Below, piece by piece: positions 1-8,200 of a stretch of 64,000 nucleotides of DNA. Below the pieces are notes generated by a model. That model did no database searches and was not told the DNA's origin. It worked only from the letters and a program-made list of their open reading frames with translations. The stretch is from an uncultured Bacteroidales bacterium. Its GTDB lineage: Bacteria; Bacteroidota; Bacteroidia; Bacteroidales; WCHB1-69. Each line of letters opens with the position of its first letter. Position 1 is the stretch's first letter. The stretch covers positions 64,142 through 128,141 of the forward strand of contig CAJOKR010000005.1 of NCBI GenBank assembly GCA_905235135.1, given 5' to 3'. Both the position numbers and the translations under genes were made by a program.

Positions 1-290
1 GAGAGTTCCTTCTGCATGAATCTTTATAGGATATTGATAATCGACATTCTCAAATCGAGCATCAGTCCCGGAAAAGCTCTGCACTCGTCTGTCTGAACTG
101 GCGATAAAATCATATTGCTTTTTGTCCCGTTGCTTGGAAAATATAAAACTGAGAACTTGCACCATCGCCGCAATCAAGTTGGTTTTTCCCATTCCGTTCT
201 TACCAATCAGAACAGTGGTTTTATGACCAAGTTCCAGGTAATAATCCGAGAAATTTCGGTAATTATGCAATTTTATGCTATCAAGTCTCA
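1..290 (-). CDS. AAA/ABC-type ATPase, N-terminal ~96 codons only (gene runs off the left edge); resembles defence-associated OLD/PtuA/AriA-like ATPases
   Basis: Hand translation from ATG at 290: MRLDSIKLHNYRNFSDYYLELGHKTTVLIGKNGMGKTNLIAAMVQVLSFIFSKQRDKK... The Walker A motif GKNGMGKT is at 181-204. The gene lies directly downstream of pglX inside the BREX locus. It is absent from the ORF track because the window edge truncates it. Confidence 0.7.
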
Positions 291-319
291 TTTTTGTCTA
301 CTTTATAAAAAAGATTCCG

Positions 320-327
320 CAAAGATA
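320..327 (-). promoter_or_regulatory. Bacteroidota -7 promoter box (TATCTTTG on minus strand) for the ATPase gene
   Basis: Matches TAnnTTTG and lies 29 nt upstream of the ATG at 290, in the 59-nt gap after the pglX C-fragment stop. Confidence 0.55.
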
Positions 328-349
328 CAACTATTTTCAATATCCCAAT

Positions 350-1099
350 CTATTTTATCTTCCCCAACACATCCCCGAACTTGGCATAATTCACCACCAC
401 GCCGTCGTCGAGGTCGAAAGAGATGGCTTGTTCGGCCACGACTTGGAGGCGTTCGTGATACTCGCGGCACTCATCGAGGGCTTTCTGGAGATTCTGGAGC
501 TTGCGGTTCTCTGTGGTGGAGAGGGTTGCACGGCGATTCTCCAGTTCGCCTATCTGGTTCTGAAGGAACTCGATATAGGGCAGCAGGTAGTTGGAGCGGA
601 CACGCTCTGCGGTGTAGGCATTCATGCGGTGCATGTAGGCGAGACACTTGAAGGCACCCTTGCTCGATGAAAACAACCAGTAGATGGGACGGTTCTGGTA
701 CATTTTCTTGTGGTCTTTCCAGAAGTCCTTCTGCACATACTGCTCGATAGAAGTGCCCAATTTCTGCTCGATGTAGTTGAGGTTCTCGGTCAATCTCTCC
801 GCACCGAAGACGATGCGGACGAAGTCAGCGATGCGGCTCGGCAGGTTGTCATCGAAAGGGGAACTCTGCGGCAACACCGGAATCAGGCCGTCGTCGTCGA
901 TGCGAACGGTTTCGCCCGCATACAGGTACGGTTGCAACTCATCTTCCGTGGGATTGGGATGGGCGATGTGCAGGCCCTTCTTGTCCAAACGGTAGCGGCC
1001 CATCCACACACCGATAGCGTATGAGATGAGCTGCTTCATCAGCACGTCCTCGTGCCAGACAATACGCTTCTGTCTGTTATTGTTCGTTGACTGTTCCAT
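350..1099 (-). CDS. pglX: BREX type 1 methyltransferase PglX, C-terminal fragment (249 aa)
   Basis: ORF track shows ...IVWHEDVLMKQLISYAIGVWMGRY...NRPIYWLFSSSKGAFKCLAYMHRMN...NYAKFGDVLGKIK, which is typical of the PglX C-terminal domain. It is colinear with the 2310-5096 fragment. Its ATG overlaps the end of the DUF1016 ORF by 23 nt. Confidence 0.8.
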   Translation of the reverse strand: MEQSTNNNRQKRIVWHEDVLMKQLISYAIGVWMGRYRLDKKGLHIAHPNPTEDELQPYLYAGETVRIDDDGLIPVLPQSSPFDDNLPSRIADFVRIVFGAERLTENLNYIEQKLGTSIEQYVQKDFWKDHKKMYQNRPIYWLFSSSKGAFKCLAYMHRMNAYTAERVRSNYLLPYIEFLQNQIGELENRRATLSTTENRKLQNLQKALDECREYHERLQVVAEQAISFDLDDGVVVNYAKFGDVLGKIK

Positions 1100-2240
1100 T
1101 GTCTTTCTCTTTTATCTCTTTTTCCAAATCCTCCATACTTGGTAAAGTATCATTGAAGTTTGCCGGTAATATCTCTATGCCCTCGTATGCAGTAACCGCT
1201 ATGGGCTGACTATAGCCTTCCAAACAATACTGTGCAAACATATTGTTTTTGCTGCGGCATATAAGAAGTCCAATAGTCGGATTGTCAATATCAGTTTTCA
1301 GTATATGATTCACCAACGACATATATCCTGATAGCTGTCCGAGATATGAGGATTCAAACTCTGTGATCTTGACTTCCACAACCACGTATGCGTGAATACG
1401 GGTATTATAGAACAGTAAATCCGAGAATTGTTCTTTTCCGGCAACACTCAACAGATATTCTTTCCCCATATATGCGAAACCTGAGCCCAAAGCCAGCAAC
1501 AATTCATTGACGTGGCGCACCAATGCTTTTTTTAGATTGTCTTCATTAAGCGATTCTTTCAATTTGACAAACGACAGATTTATAGGGTCGTTGATCAGCT
1601 CTTTGGCCAAATCTCCAGTTGGCGGCATCATGGTGGCAGGGAAGTTATTGACTGCATTGCCCTGTCGCTCATACAAACCATTGTTTTTGCCTTTGTCCCC
1701 AATCATATTTTCGAGTACGGCTCTCGACCAGCCGTTTTGTAGCGTTTCTGCCGCATAAAACAGCACCTTCTGTGGTTCGCTCTCGAAATTATCAATCAAC
1801 ACCTTATGGTGTCCCCAAGGTATTGCAAAGATGTTCAATGGTTGGGTTTCAACCTCTGTCGAGACAACGTGTAGCGGCGTCAACATTTCTCCAAGTTGGG
1901 GAACAGATTTTTCCTCAAGTTGGGGAATTATCTCAAACACCTTGTTATAAAGAAGATAGAAACGTTTGCAATAGTACAATCCTCCCGGGGTCAGACCCTT
2001 TATTTCAGGTATTTTCCTACGCAAGTCCTGACTGAGTGTTTTTATAACCCCATCGCCATATCGTTGCTCAACATTCATCTCGCAGATGTCCCGCCCTATG
2101 CTCCAATAGAATTCCAGCTTGCAGGAATTCACCTGCACGGCGGCCTTGACTTGTTGGCTTCTAAATCGGCGCTCAATATCGTTGACCCATTGCTTATATG
2201 TCGGGTCCGTAATAAGTGTTAGTTTGTCCATACTGTCCAA
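1077..2240 (-). CDS. DUF1016/YhcG-like PD-(D/E)XK nuclease domain protein (387 aa), nested between the two pglX fragments
   Basis: The N-terminal YhcG-like region reads FYWSIGRDI...YGDGVIKTLSQDLRRKIPEIKGLTPGGLYYCKRFYLLY. The C-terminal region DLLFYNTRIHAYVVVEVK gives the D...E-x-K nuclease core. The gene is visibly AT-rich compared with its flanks. Confidence 0.8.
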   Translation of the reverse strand: MDSMDKLTLITDPTYKQWVNDIERRFRSQQVKAAVQVNSCKLEFYWSIGRDICEMNVEQRYGDGVIKTLSQDLRRKIPEIKGLTPGGLYYCKRFYLLYNKVFEIIPQLEEKSVPQLGEMLTPLHVVSTEVETQPLNIFAIPWGHHKVLIDNFESEPQKVLFYAAETLQNGWSRAVLENMIGDKGKNNGLYERQGNAVNNFPATMMPPTGDLAKELINDPINLSFVKLKESLNEDNLKKALVRHVNELLLALGSGFAYMGKEYLLSVAGKEQFSDLLFYNTRIHAYVVVEVKITEFESSYLGQLSGYMSLVNHILKTDIDNPTIGLLICRSKNNMFAQYCLEGYSQPIAVTAYEGIEILPANFNDTLPSMEDLEKEIKEKDNGTVNEQ

Positions 2241-2259
2241 TACGTTATAAAACTTTGCG

Positions 2260-2267
2260 CAAAAATA
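2260..2267 (-). promoter_or_regulatory. -7 promoter box (TATTTTTG on minus strand) for the DUF1016 gene
   Basis: Matches TAnnTTTG, 19 nt upstream of the ATG at 2240 and just after the stop of the pglX N-fragment at 2310. Confidence 0.55.
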
Positions 2268-2309
2268 CGGCTTTTATTTAAAATTAGCCGCAGAGCCCGA
2301 AATAATTCC

Positions 2310-5096
2310 TCATTCCTCGTCCCTGATGGAGATCTCCCCCTGCTGCAATATCGTGATCTCCTCCAACGGCACCTCCGGCGACAGCTCTTCCTCCAACCCG
2401 TAAATCTCGATGAACTGGCGGTTCAGCTCTTCCTCGTTCTCGTGGAGTTGATTGAAACGCTCCGTCCATTGGGTCTCGAACTCCTCCACAAAATCGCTCA
2501 GACGGAAGGAGGACTCCGAGTTGCCTTGGGCTACCTTCTCATTGCGGAGGGCTACAAGAGGATTGGCCTCGAAGTCCCAGGAGGTTTCATGGGAGTCCCA
2601 GTCGAGTTTGGCAGTATCTACATTGTATTTAGCCAAATTCTTTATTTCTTCGTTTGGCTCAATATAGGGCAATGCTTTAATGGAACCTTCAGAAACACCT
2701 AATCCTGGAGAGAGCATTTCTACGAAGCTTCTTACCGCATAAGAGTTAAAGTATGCGATAAAAGGTAATAAACTCTGTTCTTCGTCATACAAAAAGAATT
2801 TTGAACCAGAACTTTCAAATAAATATTCCTTACCAGAGATTCTAAAAGATGGTCTATCACTTGCAGAAGTTGACCATGTGATACCTTTTTTGAAAGAGTA
2901 TTGTAATCCTTGGGGTCTTGACCTCAATTTACCTTGGTCATTTTTGAAATTCTTTATTTCAAATCCATCATTTTCCCAATTCAATACAGTAATTCCATTT
3001 CCGTACCATTTACGGAAGTTGCCTCCTGTCTCAACTGGAAACCATTTTTTGTTCCACTTCGAAAAGGAAATTTCAAACCATACTTTAATGAAATATGTAT
3101 TGTCTCCTGTCTTTAGACCTTGTTTGGCATCACCATATTTGCTGATAGGAGATTCTTTAAATGTTTTCTGAATATCTGTGTTAATCCAAAATCCAAATTG
3201 GTAGCCTCCAAATTGTAAAAAGTCATGTAGTTGTTGAACAAACATCTTACATTGCCGTTCTACAAATAATACTCTTTTAGTCTCTGAAGTCTCTCCGTAT
3301 TTAAGATGAAAGAATGGAGTCCTTCTTTTACCAGACTTAGAAGCAACAAAAGTAACAGACTGTACTACTTCACCTTTTAATTCGGGAAAAGTATTAGGGC
3401 CTAAGTAAAGCGCATTATCCAAATTATAATTTTCATTTTCAATGACGGAAAATCTATAATCTTTATACGTTGGTTTAAAAATCCAGGCTGCTTGATTGAT
3501 CATGCCCATCTTGCCATTTTTTTTAAGATGGAGATATGCTACATCCATAAAGATGGCTCCAAGATCATTGGCGGTTAAAGAATAATTACTTTTAACATAA
3601 TTAAGCATATTTTCTTCCATATGCCCTGCACCCATATACGGAGGATTCATTACTAATGCAGCATACTTATCCGTCAAAGTGAGTATCAACTCCATCGTAG
3701 GAATGATTTCCTCTACCTCTGACGGAATGAACTGCTCTTGTTGCCAATAGTGCAAAGTCTGTTGAATAGAGAGTAGGGTAGATTTTTCCACTTCGAACTT
3801 CATAATGGAACCTAACGAATCAGCATCCTGCATCAGTTCAAAAGCGGCTGTGAGTTCTTCGAGCTGCTGGCGTGATGGAGTTTCACGGAAAAACTTTTGC
3901 AAGTATTCGCTAACCTTCTCTTGTGGAATCGGTGTGGGCATCGTCAGCACATGGGGCAAGATGCGGGCATTGGCAAACGAGGCATCCTTCTGACAAGCCT
4001 TCAGCATGAGGGCAAAAGTAGCCAACTGTTTGGCGCGAGTGTCAAGGTCAACGCCTCGGAGATTGCATTTGAAGATGTTCTCGATAGCCTCCTTGCGGCT
4101 GTAGCCCTCATAGATATAGAGGTCGTAAAGCAGGTCGAAACACTCATTGATGATATGACCTGAGCCACAAGCCAAATCGCCTGTAAGCAGTTCCGTCAGT
4201 TCCTTGAACTTGTAGATGCTTTCTTTTGGCGTAGGCTCCGATGGCTCTACAAGGTACTGCCACTTGGGCTTAAACTCAGCGGCAGCACTGGGATTGTTGT
4301 CAAGGTAGATGCGTCCGATGGTGTTCTGCACCATATACTTCACAATCCAGTTGGGTGTGAATATCTGTGTGGCAGCAGGAATCTCGTCTGCCTCGAACTT
4401 GCCTTTCTTGGCAAACACCTCGTCCTTGCGCTCCGAGATATAGAACTGGTAGAGCCAGCCAATCAGTTCTGGAGAATGGAAATCATCGTCGGTAACGAAC
4501 TCCGTATGATTTAGCAGGTCGATAAAGCCTCCTTCGGTCAAGATGTCGTTGGGCAACAACAGTTCCGTGTAGTCCGACATCGCACCAAAGCACTTGAAGA
4601 GGATGGGGGTCTCGTGACAAAAAGCCGTCACCAAAATGGCGAACTGATCGGTAGTTTTGGAGTCGTCATCTAACAATTCCATCAGCCGCTGCCGTTGGTT
4701 TTCCGGCATCTGCGGCATACGACCCATGCGGGCTTCATCGACGATTCTCGGTGTGCGGGCTTCGTCCACGTAAGCCAAAACAGGCTCTATTAGACCATTC
4801 TTCTGGAGAATACGGATAGCCACCAAGCGGTTAAACCAAGTGTAAGCGGCCTCCTCATAGACCTCTTTGAGACCTTTCTGCTGCACGCGCTTGTAAAGGG
4901 CCTGCCACTGGTGGAAGAACCCCTCTGTCTCCAACCGGCCATTCCACAAGGAACCGCCCTGCATCAACTGTGGGTGCAAATGCTCAGGCACGTTACCAGT
5001 CTTGTCGAATCCTAACGTTATTATCTTGGCGGCGATGCCGGTCTTCAATCTGTTTCTCGCCTCAGTGGCGAATTTTTTCAGTTTGTTGGTTTCCAT
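2310..5096 (-). CDS. pglX: BREX type 1 adenine methyltransferase PglX, N-terminal fragment (~928 aa from METNKLKKF)
   Basis: ORF 2310..5171 reads KLKKFATEARNRLKTGIAAKI...AYTWFNRLVAIRILQKNGLIEP...VMNPPYMG... The preferred start is the ATG at 5096, because the upstream 25 codons overlap a repeat element. The fragment ends ...PLEEITILQQGEISIRDEE*. Confidence 0.85.
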   Translation of the reverse strand: METNKLKKFATEARNRLKTGIAAKIITLGFDKTGNVPEHLHPQLMQGGSLWNGRLETEGFFHQWQALYKRVQQKGLKEVYEEAAYTWFNRLVAIRILQKNGLIEPVLAYVDEARTPRIVDEARMGRMPQMPENQRQRLMELLDDDSKTTDQFAILVTAFCHETPILFKCFGAMSDYTELLLPNDILTEGGFIDLLNHTEFVTDDDFHSPELIGWLYQFYISERKDEVFAKKGKFEADEIPAATQIFTPNWIVKYMVQNTIGRIYLDNNPSAAAEFKPKWQYLVEPSEPTPKESIYKFKELTELLTGDLACGSGHIINECFDLLYDLYIYEGYSRKEAIENIFKCNLRGVDLDTRAKQLATFALMLKACQKDASFANARILPHVLTMPTPIPQEKVSEYLQKFFRETPSRQQLEELTAAFELMQDADSLGSIMKFEVEKSTLLSIQQTLHYWQQEQFIPSEVEEIIPTMELILTLTDKYAALVMNPPYMGAGHMEENMLNYVKSNYSLTANDLGAIFMDVAYLHLKKNGKMGMINQAAWIFKPTYKDYRFSVIENENYNLDNALYLGPNTFPELKGEVVQSVTFVASKSGKRRTPFFHLKYGETSETKRVLFVERQCKMFVQQLHDFLQFGGYQFGFWINTDIQKTFKESPISKYGDAKQGLKTGDNTYFIKVWFEISFSKWNKKWFPVETGGNFRKWYGNGITVLNWENDGFEIKNFKNDQGKLRSRPQGLQYSFKKGITWSTSASDRPSFRISGKEYLFESSGSKFFLYDEEQSLLPFIAYFNSYAVRSFVEMLSPGLGVSEGSIKALPYIEPNEEIKNLAKYNVDTAKLDWDSHETSWDFEANPLVALRNEKVAQGNSESSFRLSDFVEEFETQWTERFNQLHENEEELNRQFIEIYGLEEELSPEVPLEEITILQQGEISIRDEE
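3636..3647 (-). other. NPPY catalytic motif (motif IV) of the PglX methyltransferase
   Basis: The minus-strand codons AAT CCT CCG TAT sit within VMNPPYMG. Confidence 0.85.
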
Positions 5097-5123
5097 TTTA
5101 TGTTGGTTCGAGGTTATGGAACT

Positions 5124-5206
5124 ACCCCACACTGCGCTTCGTTTGTATGGGGTTACTTGCGCTTCGCGCATCTTTTCTCTCCGAGGCTGCTTAAGGAATA
5201 TATTTT
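5124..5206 (-). repeat. Structured intergenic repeat between brxC and pglX: 22-nt header AAAATATATTCCTTAAGCAGCC plus a CCCCACAC..GGGGT hairpin
   Basis: Read on the minus strand, the header at 5185-5206 is identical to 20008-20029 downstream of rpoD. The hairpin arms ACCCCA and TGGGGT lie at 5124-5153. The hairpin belongs to the same family as those at 59133-59166 and 62957-62995. Confidence 0.7.
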
Positions 5207-5246
5207 AATGATATTGAGGTTGTTACGACCATTTTTTCATTCTACA

Positions 5247-8200
5247 TTATCGGACAATCATTACGCCGTCGTTGTCTTTCAGAAGTTTGCGCAGTTGCTC
5301 GCGAAGGCCGTCAAGGTAGCGGTCAATGTCCTCCTCGGAAGTGATTGGAGTGCTGGTCTTGGTCTGGAGCGAAGCTTGGTTGATCTTTTTCGTGTAGGAT
5401 AGAGTATCTTCGTCAGCCTTGGGGTTATTATCGGAATCATCTTTTGGCACATATTGCGCTTTATGCTTGTTGGCATAGTCCAAAATCTTGCCAACTTGTT
5501 CTTGGTAGAAAGCATCCGTATTGAGATTGTCTTTCAGCACAAGGATATTCTCGGGGGTGGTTTTCACCATAATGGTGTTATCGCGGTTGGCCAACACCGA
5601 GAGCGGCACATTCTGCTCGTAGGCCACTTTCTCCAATTGTTCAAATTGCTCGTCGTAAGTGTCCCGTATCTGTTCGCGGAGACCTTTGCGCACCTCGTCG
5701 AGAGCCTGCGCCAACTCCCGCTGCATCCGGATATAGCTGCGCAATTCCGGAATGGGCCACGGGTCGTCTTCTATCTTGAGGAACTCCGCCACTTGGGGCT
5801 GCTCATTCTCCGGCAGGGAGGCGAAGTTGTATTGGTTCTCCTTGGCAAACTGCCGCAGCTTCTTGTAGGTTCCCAATTGGTCGTGGGTGAACTGAGCCAC
5901 CTCTTTGCAGCGGTCAATCAATCCGAGGGCTTCCTCGCGTTTGTTAATGATGGCTTGGAAGAAGGTTTCGGGATTGCGTTCCGCCAACCACTTGTCGAAG
6001 AGATCAATGGCCTGCTGAATCGGTTCTGCAAAGGGATAGCCGCCAATCTGTTTCTCGATGTCACGATAGCCCTCGCGCTTGTGATACAAGCTGTTGGTAA
6101 ACTCCTGGTCGCGGCTGATCCGGAATATCTGGGTACTGTCGGTCGTGGTGAACGCCTCTTTGGCCCCGAAAAGCTCTTTCCAAGTCTCGATGTAGCGGTT
6201 GATGAGTTCTTGCGAAATGGCTTTGGATTTACGAAGGGTGAATTTGTTGGTTTCCTGCACGATACGATTGGCTACTAACGTGTTGTCCACATTGGGGTTG
6301 TTGGCATACGTGTAGTCGCGGGCGTGGCGGCGCACCAACTCATTGACAACGTGGAGGGTGGCGATGCCGTCCCAGCCGTAGGGCGGTTTGGCGAACTTGG
6401 CGGTCACATCGGCCACATTCACATCGGAGAACTGCTTGTTCAGGTAGAGTTCCACCTCATGCTCAGGAGGGGTGAGCTCTGCGTTCATCCCCTCGTAGTC
6501 CCCAGCGTTGACGGGGCGGAGGATGGCCCTTTTCAGAGCATCGGTGGTGTGGGATATGGATGGCTGGTCCACTAAGGTCGCTTTGGTGTAGATACCGGCC
6601 AGATGCTTCTGCAACGCAAGCGCGTAGCGTTCCCCGCCGCGCTTGTTGCCCAGCTCCATGTTGTCGATAGTGCGCAATCCGCTGATAATGGGGCAAGTGT
6701 CGAGGATTTTGTGAAACTCCGGGGCGATAAGCGTTTTGAACAACTCTTCGGCTCTCTTTTCGAACTCAGCGCGGGTTTTGGCATTGTCGTCGTTCAGCAC
6801 AGGGGTACTCATATAGCGGTTGCACTGGCAGTACCAGTAAAAGGCGTTCTTCAACCGTTTGTTTTCGCCATACTGCAACCCAAGGTAATAGACCATCTTT
6901 TTGGCCTCGTTGGTAATGGCCAACTGCTCAGGTGTCTCGTATTCGTTGTCCACCACAAATTCCACCTCAATATCCGGCGAGGCGGAGAGGTAGTGACGCT
7001 GCTTGATGAGCTCACCCACGGCGAAGGAGCGGGTCTTGTACTGCACTTTGTTAGTGATGGAGAGATATTTGTTGAAGATGTCGCGCAACATCTCGGCCAT
7101 CGCATTGTTGTCAACGCTTTGGTTTTGGATGAGCTGGGCCACTTTCATCTCTTCTTCGCTGTAGAAAGTGTAAGTCTCAGGAGCTCCGTTCTTGCCAGCT
7201 TCACGGCGGATGATGTTATTGTCGCAGAAAAAGTCGAGAATCTTCTCCACCTCGTTCTTGATGGTCAGACGCGGCGTGTGGATGTCGTTCACCAAGAGGG
7301 TGGTCACATTGTCGATGTTGGCAGGGAACAGCAGCTGGTCGGTCTGCGAGATGTTGCAGATCATGAACAACACGTTGGCCACGCGGATGGCCAATTTGGG
7401 GTCGTGCTCGTAGGTGCGGGCCATGCGGATGGCATTGTCCACAGCTTTCTGTCCACGAGCCTGCAAACCCTCTTCGAACATGTTGTTGTACAGTTCGTCG
7501 AAAGAAATGTACTTCCCGATTTCCTCCTCCGCACTGTTTTTAGCCGTGGAGTGAATCACTTTGATAATGCTGCGCTCGTTACCTTTGACCTCTTTGGCTA
7601 CATAGCCGAGATTCAGGAACGAGTTGAACACCTGCATGATCAACTTGAACTGATAGGGCACAAAAGGATAGTAGGCCACAAAATCCTCTTTTGATTCGTA
7701 GGCCACATAGCTGTTAGGCAGCTTGAACTGAAGCCCGAAAGCGGCGTTTTGCTGGTTATAGAGGTCTTCGAGTGCCAAGATGGATGCCTGTTTCTTGTCG
7801 AGAATACGTTTTTGGGTGATCACTTCGGGCTGGGTGCCTTTCAGGGAGACTTTCACTTCGAAACGTCCTTTGATCTTACCCTCTTTGTCTTTCTCTTCGG
7901 CGATATTGCAGTCATCGAGCACCTCAGAGAGATCCTGTTGGGCGGTACAGGCGACCCACACTTTGTTTTGGCAAGCCTCGGATAGCTTGGTAATGATTTC
8001 CTGCAGGTTCAGATAACGGTCGCGCTCTTTGTTGATGAACTGGCTCACCTCATCGGCTAAGAGTATCAGGCGGTAATCGTCCCCTTTGTCTTTCAGGAAA
8101 GAGGCTAATTCAGAGCTGAACCGATCGATGCTGACATTGGTGTCGCGTTTCAGGAGCCGCTCACGGATGCTTTCCTTGTCTAACGTCGGAGCCAACTCGC

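Noticed and set aside
1099-2310. The possibility that the pglX split is just a sequencing frameshift or nonsense error.
   Set aside because: The two pglX pieces are separated by about 1.2 kb containing a complete, family-recognisable ORF with its own promoter box and distinct base composition. An indel cannot explain this.
6603-7694. Long plus-strand ORFs antisense to brxC (6603..7694 and 5454..6278). Similar cases are 12827..14098, 23616..25073, 29003..30073, 33827..34600, 54203..55123 and 19337..20041.
   Set aside because: They lie fully inside, and antisense to, well-supported genes with clear family signatures. Their products are low-complexity and rich in V, G, H, L and R, as expected of shadow ORFs in GC-rich coding DNA. 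Several cross gene boundaries.
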